Source of the DNA: Octopus vulgaris
Lineage: Eukaryota
Length of the DNA: 64,000 nt
Assembly: GCA_951406725.2 (NCBI GenBank)
Contig: OX597826.1
Coordinates: 82,646,001-82,710,000, forward strand
Direction of reading: 5' to 3'
A model generated the notes under the pieces. It did no database searches, was not told the DNA's origin, and saw only the letters and a list, made by a program, of their open reading frames with translations. This document shows positions 40,231 through 52,960 of the stretch, in pieces (position 1 is the first letter of the stretch; every line of letters starts with the position of its first letter). The translations under genes were made by a program, and so were the position numbers.

Positions 40231-43200
40231 GTAGGTAGACAGATAGATAGACATCATAATTAGCAAACTCCCAAACTACATACATATGAAAGCTATGGTT
40301 CTAACACCAACAACCACAAATATAGAAGAAACCAGTTAATCCATAATATTACAAGCTTTTGAGTCACACAAAATGCTGAGGTACATTCTCAGCAGACTTG
40401 GTTGACTTATACATACGTTGTTTGGCGCGCGTGTGTGAGTGTTATTGTGATATCATTGTGCTCGTAATTCAACTTATGGCCATGACTATAGACCAGAACA
40501 TAGTAGACAACGCATTGTCTTTATACGGTTGTTGTTATTTATTTTCATCCTCTTGTGTTGTGTCCCTTCCTTGAAACCTAAAAAGGAGACAGTAGCCAAC
40601 AAATGTATTATTAAATATATAAATACGCGTTTATTGTTTAATTAGATTTTCTCAAATTTAACAAATCCACCCCAAACCCATCATGTTTCTAATTAATCTT
40701 GATATTTTTATATTAACCTGGAAGGAAAATGCAATTAGTACAAGAGACTACATATATAAGAGCAATAATTAAGTAAAGATTAATGAAAAATGTTTTATTA
40801 GGATGTGTCCGTATTCAAGTTTCACATTTATTCAAGTTGAAGATATTTAATTGTTATTCATATTTTCCTTATTGCTATTAAATGCTTTCTATATTCATTT
40901 ATTTCACTGTTATTGTATAGTGTTTTATTTTTTCTTTTACAATTATACGATTTTGTATCAATTTCTCGTTCGTAAATTTTAATGTGTTTTCAGGACAATT
41001 AATTTGATGTTTTATCATGCAATATTAATATTACATTGTACATACCGGAAATCTTAATCTGTTTCCATTCTCTTGACTCATTTTATTCAACTCGTACTGT
41101 TACATTCCACTATTATTATACCACTGTTACAGCTGTCATATACTTTGGCTTATTATAAATGAGATCAGATGACGGCTTCCAGTGAAACTGGCGACGTTTA
41201 AAATTAATTCTAATATTCAACGAACACGTTATTTTACATTGTAGACATGTGTCTCTATGTTAACTCTAAGCAAATAGAGGGTCAAACATCAAGCGGCACT
41301 TCAGCCCTGAGCATCCTGGCTTGTTAAGGATATCTTGGACTGTATGAGCAGTGCTCGTATCTTCTCCGTGCTTACTACACTCTTAGCTTGCTCACTAACG
41401 TTGTGTTACAGAAGTCAGTATAGTTTTTTGAATGTTTTGCCGACTTAACTTACTCCTGCACACTACATGAAATGTTTTTCACTGTCCTCGATTAAACAAA
41501 AAAAGCAGCAAAAAGCAGCAATAAACATTGATAATTCCAGAACAATGAAATAAACAACAGACATGTATGTACGGAGAGGAAATTCGCTTCTCAAAAACAT
41601 GGTTCATGGTTCCCTCCGACAGTGCTTCCCTAATACATTATTGACTAATACTTTTATTCAACTTTGGCACACAGAGACTGGGCACAAGTCCGTCTTATAT
41701 GTACGTGTGTGACCTCGGTATCTTTCGCTGTTGGAAATACTGAAGACCAGAGCTTGACATGTTGCAAGCCTGTAGCTAGCCATGCTATTATTAATAATGT
41801 GATTCAAAATAAATAAGTAAAGTGCTCTTAACTACTTCACTCTTTATTTAAATAATTGATACTGATGATGTTGTTGTTTAACTGCGAGTCATGCCTGACT
41901 GAACAAAGCTACGATCAAGGTCATTCCAAAAATAACAAACCCCTCTTCTCAACCTCGCCTAACACAACACTCAGAAGCACATTACGTATTATGAGAACCA
42001 TGGTTGTATACGGTCGATGAGCCAGCTCTATAAAATCGTTGGTTCTTATCTATTCCGTGGTTACAGCACTTATATCTCAATGGTGAATCCAAATATCAAG
42101 ACGTTTCTATTCTTACTTCTAGATCACACTTGTTAAGGGAACCCGTGGGCATCTCACCCTTTCAGACACTATAATTCAGAGCATATCCCTTCATATAGCT
42201 CTTATGCTGTGCTTAAAAGTTTTGTGTGCAATTGGAAAGAGATGTTACTGTCAATTCTAGATGGTGGAGTGACTACAAAATTGCTCTGTTAATGGAGAAG
42301 ATACTATGGCTGCTTTAATATACAGGGTTTTGCAACAGTGGCTGTAATGTAGTACCCAAGAGGTACGAACTGAAATGAAGGAGAAAATCAAATTAACCAC
42401 GCCGGAAAGACTTACCCCGCAATTGACTGGTGTATCGTTAGTGGGAGGGAGGGTTTTCTCTTATTGGTACAGTGTAAAAAAGAGGTTGGCCTTCAGTCAA
42501 GTGGAACGTTTGTAATACAGCAAAGGAAAAAGAAGGAGAGCAACGGTAGCAAGTGTAGATGAAAATTATTTGGTCACTTTAGTAAGACCTGTTTTAGTAC
42601 AATATTATTAAATAGCATATGATTTTTCATTGATATGGCAATTGAGTAGATTAAGTGTGAGGCAATTTGTGACCAATAAATAATCCAGTATGCTTATGTA
42701 CGCAGCACTACATTGTATATTTATGCTCTTCGCCTATTAAGCCAGCAAGTTGTAATTTATTGGGCAATGGCTGCTGTATCTAGCAACCAAATACCAACGT
42801 CCTGTGGACAAGATGTGACAGTAGAATTACTTTGCTGTTCTTGTTGATTCGACGGAGATCAACTTTGGTCAGTCAGTTTCTCTGTTTATGCCTAGGCTGA
42901 AATCGCTACTAAATTTATATTTTCATCCTTCCGACTTGAACGAAATAGACGCTACTGAAACACCGTCTCTATTCCACTAATCGTCCTTTATATTTTCTTC
43001 TTTTTTAGAAAGTTTACCTTTTTCCGATAAAAGTAATTAATCTATTTTCTTTAGATATGCCACGCCCAAATGAGTAAAAGATTTATATCGAGTTAAGCTA
43101 TTTGTTTCACGTACGCATCACATTGTGCTCCTCCAGTCAAGAACTTTTACATATTCCATCGAAAAGAAACAATACAATTTGCTTCAAATTTGAAAACTAG

Positions 43201-45444
43201 TTCCGTAGGACCACAAGAATTTGAAATCATTCCATTCTAGCTGTCATTAACGTTTCGTTACAGGAAACGACCAGTTCGATATTGTCTACCATTTCCATAA
43301 ATACACGGTTAACATATTCACTCTCTCTCATGCTTATCGAGTCTTACCAATGTCCAACATTTCCCAAACCGGTTGATATTTATCATTCTTATTCTTATGT
43401 TAATTTGATATATGACTACAAGCGCTATTTCTTTGAAACAATTACCAGAATGACAAACGATTCTAAATTAATGGATGTCATATGCAGAACATGAATGCTT
43501 TCTTCTTCTCCTCCTCCTCGTAACTTTTCAGTTAGCAAAATCTTCCGAACAACTGTTAATAATGGAAATTTAGAAATAATATCATTCCGACAAAAATTTA
43601 TATATCGTAATCTGTGCATATTTACGTAGCAATATATTTTAGCCTACATATATGATATAGAAAAAAAAAATTGAAAAACAAAAAAAACAATAACCTATCT
43701 CTAATATTATCGTGTGTAAATATAAAAAAAAAACAATGTATATTCTTCTAAGAAATTATTTATATTAAACAATGTTAATCTTCTTTGTGTTTTTTGAAAT
43801 GCGAGAATCTGATTTATACCCGAACTGATACATTGTTGACGAACTAATGCGGAAGGCTTTATGTGGTGACAGGCTTTGTTAGAAATAGCAACCAAATATC
43901 CCTCAAACAATACCTTATCAAAATGTGATTCTAGATACAATGCGTGTGAAATAAGAGAAAATGACTTGAGAAACGACCTGAGAAACTGTAGGTCATATGT
44001 TTTGATTAGAGAATTTCACCAGAGCTGAATTAGGGATAATCTATCGAACAACTGTATTAAATGTATATTTAGGAATTGTATTAACCGAAATTAATTATCT
44101 GCAAAAAATTCTGTATTTATGTCTACTTATACTCGACTATTACAATTTACCATTGAGTTATAGGCATTGCTCGAGCGAAATCTGAATATAAAAATAGTTT
44201 AATATTGTCGCAGGCGAATTTCTTTGGTGCCTTTTCTTTTAATCAGACTACAAATCTGAAAGAACAATTTCCATAAAACCTTTCTACTTGAGTAAGAGAT
44301 AACGATAGATTTTTGTTGCTAATCGATCTCTGTCCAATCACTTACCGTGTTTCGATATCGATAGTTGGATTCCTCTCTTAATCTTATTTGATTACATTGC
44401 CTTCGATACATTTTGTTCTTCTTCGAAAAGAAGGAGGGGGAAAGCAGGAGGAAAAGAGACGGTAAGAGAGAGAAAAATAAAATAAAATTACAAATGATCT
44501 GCAACGAATTCCTAGTTATAAATTTAAACACGATGATATTTATCCTTAAAATGCACTGAGACAATGGATAGCGCCCAGCAATTTCTCCGCCGATATGTAA
44601 TATCCTGTTAACTTAAATATTCTGTCCGGAACGAGATTTGAGATATAAATCTTGTTTCTTCAAACACAAATACAAACATCTCTGAACAACGCCCAATCAA
44701 ACCTCGTCCAATCCACCCACATTTTCATGTATGTTGACCTTATTATTTACTCCTTAAAATAAATAGTAATTAATACATCACCGACTTCATATTCAGGATA
44801 TCCATCAATTTAAAGCACAATTGTTTTTCATACCCAAATTACTCACTGTATTTTATACAATGTTAGCCACCAGTCAGAAGACACACAACCTTCCAAGTTG
44901 GTTAACTGTGATCCAATTAGCAATGCGTTAATCTTACTTATCTTCTAGGTTCCAGATAAATGAAGATTTTAATAGGGCGAAGAGGAGCAGGTTAAGTAAA
45001 TATATTGAATAAATAATACATATCGAGTGCAAAAATTGCTTTTTACGCTTCTGCTGCAAGAGATAAATAAATAAATAAATAAAGTAAATAAAGAAAGAAA
45101 TACGTATATATAGACAAACAGATAAATTGATAAATATGTAGGTAGATAGGTGGGTAGGTAGATAGATCGATACGAGTCCGTCGAATAACTCAACAATGTT
45201 TCTATTAAAGTTTGGTGGAGTATAAAGACCGATCTGTAACTGGAGAAAGAAATAAGAACCAGTGTGATATTTATTGATGAATGGTTGACGGTGTGATTGT
45301 TTCTTGGGACTAAATTTGAATACATTTAGAATAAATTTGAATTTATTACTGAAAATTGTTCTTTAAAGTCTCTAATACTAAACAGAAGTAGTTTCTAACA
45401 TTTGGGCCAGAATATACCAATAAATTTCACTGGCAGTAGAGCTT

Positions 45445-45740
45445 CCTTACTGGCTTCATGATTTTTCTTGATGGAGGTGGACTCATCCCAGGTTAGTGGT
45501 GATAGGGGTGTCCTCATGCGTAGACCCAACCAAGTTCCCCAGTCCCGTGTCAGCCCCTCTGCAGCTTCCAAGGTGCGATCGAGCCTCTCTGGAGATCTTC
45601 CTTAATCACAGCAAACCATCTGGTGTTAGGCCTGCCACGAGGCCACTTCCAGCCAGTAGCTGCTACGTCGAATGAGAGTAAAGCCCTGGCAGGATGAGCA
45701 AGCGGGAGACGGAGGATTCACCCGTACCAGATAAGTAGGT
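45445..45740 (-). mobile_element. RTE-clade LINE 3' fragment
   Basis: Minus translation LIWYG*ILRLPLAHPARALLSF...GWKWPRGRPNTRWFAVIKEDL, typical RTE C-terminus. Confidence 0.75.
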
Positions 45741-46039
45741 TTTTGTTTTCTTGGGAAATTTCTTGCATTTTTCTTTAATTTGACATAACTACGAAGTTTC
45801 AAGATTGTCCCTGTGACTATCTGCAAGGGAGTATTCGTTCGGTGTATCTGTCCCGCAGTTAAACAACTTCGTTATATTTAGTGAAGTCCAGTGCACACGT
45901 GGCGTGAGTTTGTGTTCATATACATGTTCTTCTAGCTTTATTTGCCGCATTTTTGCCAATGGAGAACGACCCATTTTCAAACCCAGAAATGAAGCTCGTG
46001 GAATCTAGTCGGCCTGAATGCGATAGTTATGCTCGGTTA

Positions 46040-46245
46040 TGTATATGCAGCTCAGCGAAAATAAATTTGAATTAATCCACTTTGGTAACAAGGATGCACG
46101 TAAGCTACCATACACTCTTCCCTCGGGGAAAAACAGCCCCAGGAACCTCGGAGTAACTATCAGCAACAACTTAAGCTAGACTGCTCCTGAATCCTCAGAA
46201 CTTTTCGGCCTCCAGGTACTCCTACAAGTAATCTTCTCTTTTCCA
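46040..46245 (+). mobile_element. Internally deleted fragment of the same CR1-like family as 28587-33233
   Basis: LSENKFELIHFGNKDARKLPYTLPSG...RNLGVTISNNLS*...ILRTF aligns to LNEDKFELIHFGKEDALKLPYSLPSG...RDLGVIVDNNVSW...ILRTF. Confidence 0.8.
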
Positions 46246-46249
46246 TTTG

Positions 46250-46370
46250 TGACCCATTTTTGGTGGTTCTACGAATTGTTGGCTAGGAGGAGGTGTGCCG
46301 GGAAGTTAAACACACAGACACGCACACGGATACACACACAGACACACAAGTTGAGTTTTATATATATAGA
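46250..46370 (-). mobile_element. Probable Helitron 5' end fragment
   Basis: Minus A|TCTATATATATAAAACTC...TGTGTGTCTG, same start architecture as the other Helitrons here. Confidence 0.5.
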
Positions 46371-46457
46371 TATTCATTTACATGTATAACCAAATATTCT
46401 TCTTCTTCTATATCTATATACGTGCTGCTTTATACATATATTCGTATATACTTATCC

Positions 46458-46493
<36 letters not shown>

Positions 46494-47494
46494 ATTTATG
46501 TATACACATACATACCAATATCCATATATATGCATATGTGTATGTATATATATGCATATATATACACATAAGCATATATATGCGTATATATATATAGAGG
46601 TGCATATATACGTGCACCTCTATATATATATACGCATATATATGTATATAGATATACATGTGTTTGTTGCGCGCGTGCGCGTATCTGTATTGGAGTGCTC
46701 TACATGTGTGACTGTCTTCACCACGAACACGTGCAGTCTGAGAAATATTTGCCTGACTCGTATATTTCTGCTTATTAGTTCAACATAATCTCATGTATAA
46801 TGGAACGAGCTTTAGCTGAACGAACGACACTGGAATCCTATGTAATGCAATATCCTCCCGTCTTCACTCCGCCGAGATTTTATTTAATTCCGTTTGTTTT
46901 ATTGCCAATTCTTACTTGTAAAGGCTTCTCTAATACAATTATAACGTCTGCCATTGCTTATTCTGACACCATAGGATCCGGCAATTTTAGTTTCTCCTCT
47001 AATAGACCTTGCGTAGCTAGCGTTTTGTCACTGCACATATTATAAACAACTTGTAGTAGTAGTAGTAGTAGTAGTGTTCATTGTTGTTGTTACTTAAAAC
47101 TTTATGCTGTAAAGCCTATCGGTCCGTTGATTTGCGTTTTGGATGATTTCGTTGCTTACGAGATGTGAAAATGTTGCTTGCACCTACCGCGAACCTCCAG
47201 CTTCATAGGCAAAGGACACTAAGAAAATAGTTTTCAACGATCCTTTTATTGTGCACCTTAAAGATTATAATGGAGCGAGGGGACGTGAGCGAAAGACAGA
47301 GAGACCAAGAAGAGATTGAGACAGAATTAATGACTCAGTAGCTGACTGGTTTTTTATTTATGGAATGCAGAATGATGAAAAGCAAAGGTAACCCGAATAG
47401 GATTTGAACACAAAAGGCGGATAACCGAAACTAATTTTCTTAAAGCATTTCTTCTGCACCCTATCGTATCAGGAATCAACAGGACTGTAATACT

Positions 47495-47665
47495 GGTTTC
47501 AAATTTTTGCACAAAAGCAGCAATTTCAGGGAAGGGCTAAATCGATTACATAGACCCCCCTCCCAATGCTCAACATGTTTTATCGTCTCCAAATTGAAAT
47601 GCAAAGTCAACTCCGTCGGCCTTTGAATTCAGAACGTGGACGACGGACGAAATACTGCAAAACAT
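47495..47665 (-). mobile_element. Degenerate SINE family 1 copy
   Basis: GCAAAGTCAACTCCG...TTTGAATTCAGAACGT...GACGAAATAC. Confidence 0.65.
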
Positions 47666-49330
47666 TTGGCCCTAATCGACAAGATATATTGGTGTCTGAT
47701 TGCTATTCTTGTTCTCATTACTCATCTCCAAGTTAGCCCTGATCGAGAAGAACTATTATCTAAGGTCTCCCTTGGTTAACCATATCCAGCACATTTTATG
47801 AAACGTTTCCTTCTCTAAAATACTTGAGAGCGATTTGAGTAAGATTTGGCTGTTATGTTTGGGAGAATTACTCACAGCAGAAAAATTCTCACCTCGTTTC
47901 GTTTGTTGGTTAATTGATTTTGTCTTTTTTTTTCCGTAGTTCTTTGAGTTGTTTAATAAAAGATATTCCCTGGCGGCCATTGCCCTTTCAGTCGCTTTTG
48001 TTATAAGCTAAACTACTTGTTCGATGATGCCTCTATATTTTTAATGCTGCTAGGCTATTTAAGGAGGTGGGAAGGGAATTTGGCAATTCTTTCTAACAAG
48101 TCGATCGGACCATGAAGATGATATTTCATTGACTCGCATTGTAACTGGTGTTATTTTTGTTTCTCCTCATTTCATCACTGACCAAACGAAAAGTCCTTTT
48201 GCAATTCTAGCCAAAGTCTTCAAGTCTCTTTATACAATATGTCCTGGCTTTTTTCAACATATCCAAATGCTATACACTTGGCTTCGTTTTCTCGCAAAAT
48301 GACTGTGAACCCTATTCTTCATTACTCTCATTGTTGAAGTGATATCTTGTGTTTAAGACCACATCAGTTATCATCGATTACATTCCAGACGTGACCATAA
48401 CAAACTGTTTTATTTTATAATCTAATCATAGTTTTTTTTTTCTACAACATTATTTAAGTATTCTTTATTTTCAGATAGTAGAGTTTGTTGCGAGAGATAA
48501 TTGGTTACTATTTCCTGCACGACGAAAGACCATGACAAACACATCTCTTTCTCTAGCAGACAACTTTTCACTTCTTATGTTCGATGAGTTGAAGAAGTCT
48601 ACTTTGTGACTATTAGCAATGCCTCTCCTCAAGAATATATAGTTGAAGGACAAGTAGTAAAGGAGGATGCAACCGGTGGGGTGGGGCAGTCCCTGCTCTG
48701 GGGTTATTCACTCAAGTCCTCGTCTATTTTAAATTTTATTACAAATATTAGAATCCGCCTTCCAGTTTCAGGAGAATTTCTCTCCTCAACTTATTGAAGG
48801 TTCTGGAAAGCATCAAATGTGTCACCCCACCTCATTTACTAGATAACGAAACTGTGACAACGACTGAATCCATCTCAGTGTAGTACTTGTGCCATGGATG
48901 GAGGGAAAATACAAAAGTTAAATTGACTTCAGATTAGAGTTTAGAAAATGAAAGACCTGAATGCATTCTAACATTCAGGCGCTTCGTTCTCTTGAATGCA
49001 CAACTGTTACAATATTGCTACTGGAACTTTGCTACTGTAATATGTCTAATCTTATAATATTGGTTCAATAAAACCGGACTCGGAGGAGACAAAACGCAAT
49101 GCGGATTCTTTTAAAGTTGAAAACCCTTTTAAGTCCACTTTGCATTTCATTTAATTAGTTATTGAGGAGATACGGTTTAATCGATTACCACTGAGTTTCT
49201 GTAAAATTCCTGACCTTCAGGCTTTGATAAGTATCGATGCAATATTTATAATACACACAACTTATATTTTATTTCGTCTACTACAATCTCTAACGAATTT
49301 GTGGGAATCTTTAGGGATTCTATGAAAATA

Positions 49331-49497
49331 TTTCTATTCTAGACAGAAGGCCCGAAATTTTGTGGAGGGGTCCAGTCGATTAGATCGAAACCAGTACGCA
49401 ACTGGTACTTAATTTATCTACCCCGAAAAAATAAGCTAAGTCGTCCCCGGCGGAATTTGAACCCGACATGCTAACGATTCTGCCAGCTCGCCGCCTT
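49331..49497 (-). mobile_element. SINE family 1 copy with internal deletion
   Basis: ACTGGTACTTAATTTATC...GGCGGAATTTGAAC...GCTAACGATTCTGCCAGCTCGCCGCCTT. Confidence 0.8.
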
Positions 49498-50508
49498 GAG
49501 AATCTATGAAAATGTCATGCCCTAGTTATTCCCGTGTTCTGAGTTCAAATCTGTTCGGAATTTTCAACTTTACAGGGACGATAACTAAAGTATCACTCGC
49601 TTCTACACTATAACGAATGTCTACAATGCTACGAAATTTACCCAAAGACAGACGGATGTGTCCTATGGCCCAAAGCGGAAATAATGAAGGAAAATTGAAG
49701 AATAAAAGGAGCTGAATATATAAAACGAATGAAAATTTATTTGAAAATGTTTTTACATTTTTTAAAAAAAAGTAACTTTCATCCTAGAGGTGTGTGTTCA
49801 ATTCCTGACATAGGAAATAATTATTTTTGTGATTTCAACAGCAAAATGATTCCTAAAGCTAACAGTGGGGAGATCTTTAACTAAATACTATAAGACATTT
49901 AGTCTACATTTCTATTGGTTTTAACACTCAAAAGATTTGCTGATTGCCAAGGTTAGCATGAGATGACCAAAGTATTTGCAAGATATCAGCTGCCATACCA
50001 ATGTGAGTTTTGAATAAATAAATATTTCATGTTATATGAATATGCACTGAAACCTACTGTCCAATTAGGCCGCTTGATTAGACAAGAATGTTGAGTGGAA
50101 AAGCACTCAGAACATGTACCACATAAACACAAATTATTTCGAGCTGTGTTAATGTAATAAGTTAAAATTGCGAAGCTACGGAGCCATCAAAAAAGGCCTT
50201 TATGCTGTAAACACGGAATGTGTTCTGTAGGATATCATTCCATATTTACATTATATATTTCTAACCCAAGCTGTAATAATTAAAAACTATATATTCTGCA
50301 AAATAATAAAATTTATTTATTCGCAAAAATAGGCTCCCGAATATTTTTTCCTGGTGAAATGATGCTTGAGTGCCTGTCTTAATGACAGGATAACCTATGA
50401 CAGGATGATGAGCAAATAGGACTTCGGAGTGATTTGAAAGCAGAACATCCAAAGAAAAGCAATTGCCTGCTGTAATGATGATGATGATGGTCAGTGGCAC
50501 AATTCCAC

Positions 50509-50554
<46 letters not shown>

Positions 50555-50595
50555 CAATAATAAATCTCTGAACGAGGTATAAACAGTAGCTGTTA

Positions 50596-50626
<31 letters not shown>

Positions 50627-50681
50627 TGATAAAGTTGAAAACTGGTAGAGTCTCCAGTGCTTTATTGGACAGACGTGCATT

Positions 50682-50758
50682 TCTCCCGAATTTCGTAATA
50701 ATTATGTGACAGTTGCAGAGACATTATGCAATCATAGATTTCACTTCATCAGTGGAAA
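50682..50758 (-). ncRNA. Degenerate hammerhead-like motif followed by AATAAA
   Basis: Minus: UUUCCA-CUGAUGA-A-GUGA...UUAC-GAAA-UUC-GGGAGA; AATAAA about 15 nt downstream, then (TA)n. Confidence 0.4.
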
Positions 50759-51418
50759 GTGGAACCTACTACTGACCCCAAACGTAGTTTACGCGTCGTT
50801 CTTTATCGTGTCTCTTCTTTTATACCCAAACATACGTATAATAATAGGCAAAAGAGACACTGAAGCCCTCGGAGCTCCAAAATGCAACCGGGAATGTAGA
50901 TTATATCATATTTCCATGGAACACATCAAATGTGATTCGCAGCTACTCAAAAATGTGATCATACAATGGTATTCGGAAAAGAGACTGTCCAGGGAATAAA
51001 TATAGAGAATCCTCATGTTATTGAATGCTATATAAACATCAAGTCAAACAATACTGTTGAAACATCGGTTCGACTAATATGAACATTATAATCTCCCCGT
51101 CGTAGAAATAAAGAATTACGCAACTGGATTTGTAGAGGATAGAAAGGAATCGGCTGCTTCTATCTCTAGCATAGGTCACAGTAAGGTAGAAGCCTCGGAT
51201 GATAATCCAATAATGTTCGAAAATTAATTAAAACTGTACATTATTTTTTCAATCTATGGAGAATTAGTTAAACTTCTGTGCAACCTCTTTGTGTCTCCTC
51301 TTTGTACTAAAAGTTGGAAATATCTGCCCGGATTCATTCCCATTTCGATCCCAAAATGTTTTATTCGTAGAATCACAACATTCACCACCTGAATATATAT
51401 ATATATATATATAACCAA

Positions 51419-51419
51419 T

Positions 51420-51496
<77 letters not shown>

Positions 51497-51749
51497 TGAG
51501 AATGTGTGTCTGTCTGTCTGTCTATCTGTGTGTTTCCCTAAAACTTGAGAACTACACAACCAATTTCATTCACACTTTACACATGCCTTACTTAAGGTCC
51601 GGGGAGTGTCATCGGCAAAATAAAATGTTAACTTTTTCCCTAGGATGACCCCACATTGAATAATTTGAATTCGCCTTAAATGGTCCCTTTGCATACTGAA
51701 CACTTGGTGAAATTGATTAATAATTAATTAATTTTACCCTCAATTGTTG

Positions 51750-51845
<96 letters not shown>

Positions 51846-52230
51846 TGAGAATGTGTGTCTGTCTGTCTGTCTATCTGTGTGTTTCCCTAAAACTTGAGAA
51901 CTACACAACCAATTTCATTCACATTTTACACATGCCTTACTTAAGGTCCGGGGAGTGTCATCGGCAAAATAAAATGTTAACTTTTTCCCTAGGATGACCC
52001 CACAGCAATATCATATCTTCTCCACTATTTCAGTATTACGTGGTAAAAGTGAAACAAAAAAATCTCTCTTTTGTAATGCAGACACTTTCACTCTTTAATA
52101 CTGAAACTATTAAAGTGAAAGTATTATATAACAGTGATGAACCATTAAAAGTGGTCAATCTTTTTGCTAGAAGAAGATCCACTGTGGTCTTATATGCTAC
52201 ACCACTGGTTTTCAATTCATATTCATCAAA
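51419..52230 (+). mobile_element. Helitron-like 5' region, duplicated (51492-51655 = 51841-52004)
   Basis: A|TCTT(TA)nAAAACTGAGAATGTGTGTCTGTCTG start; 164 bp direct repeat with one substitution; no 3' CTAG end found. Confidence 0.65.
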
Positions 52231-52414
52231 TTAATGTGGTGGTGGTGGTGGTGGTGATGATGATGGTGGTGGTGATGGTGGTCGTGGTGGTGGTCGTGGT
52301 GGGGTGGTAGTGGTGGTGATGATCGTGTATATATATATATGTATATATATATGTGTATATATATATGTGTATATACATGTATATATATATATGTGTATAT
52401 ACATGTATATATAT

Positions 52415-52560
<146 letters not shown>

Positions 52561-52695
52561 GTATGTGTATATATATATGTATGTGTATATATATATGTAT
52601 GTGTATATATATATGTGTGTATATATTTATATATCCAATATGTATATATGTATATATATGTTTATATATATCCAATATGTATACATATATATATA

Positions 52696-52960
52696 TGGAG
52701 GTTGCGTGTTGCACTCACGATCAGTAGGTCGTTGTTTCGATTCTCAATCCGGCAGTGTATTGTGTTCTTGAGCACAGCGTTTCATGTGACGTTGCTTCAG
52801 TCTACTCAGCCGTAAGTGGATAACGGTCTGGCGTTCCGCTTGGGGATACCATTGGTTTCCTCACCTTAGCCATCGGGGTGGCATCATCGAAAGCTAGAAC
52901 AATGTGAGGAAGCACAATGTGGCCGGCCATGTATAACAACATCGGATAGTCTGGTCACTA
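52696..52960 (+). mobile_element. Degenerate tRNA-derived SINE (family 2)
   Basis: GTTTCGATTCTC box then TGTGTTCTTGAGCA...ACTCAGC motif shared with 57880-58189. Confidence 0.55.

Noticed and set aside
48675-48831. 9 bp inverted repeat GGTGGGGTG/CACCCCACC ~150 bp apart
   Set aside because: Too short, no TSD, no second copy in window
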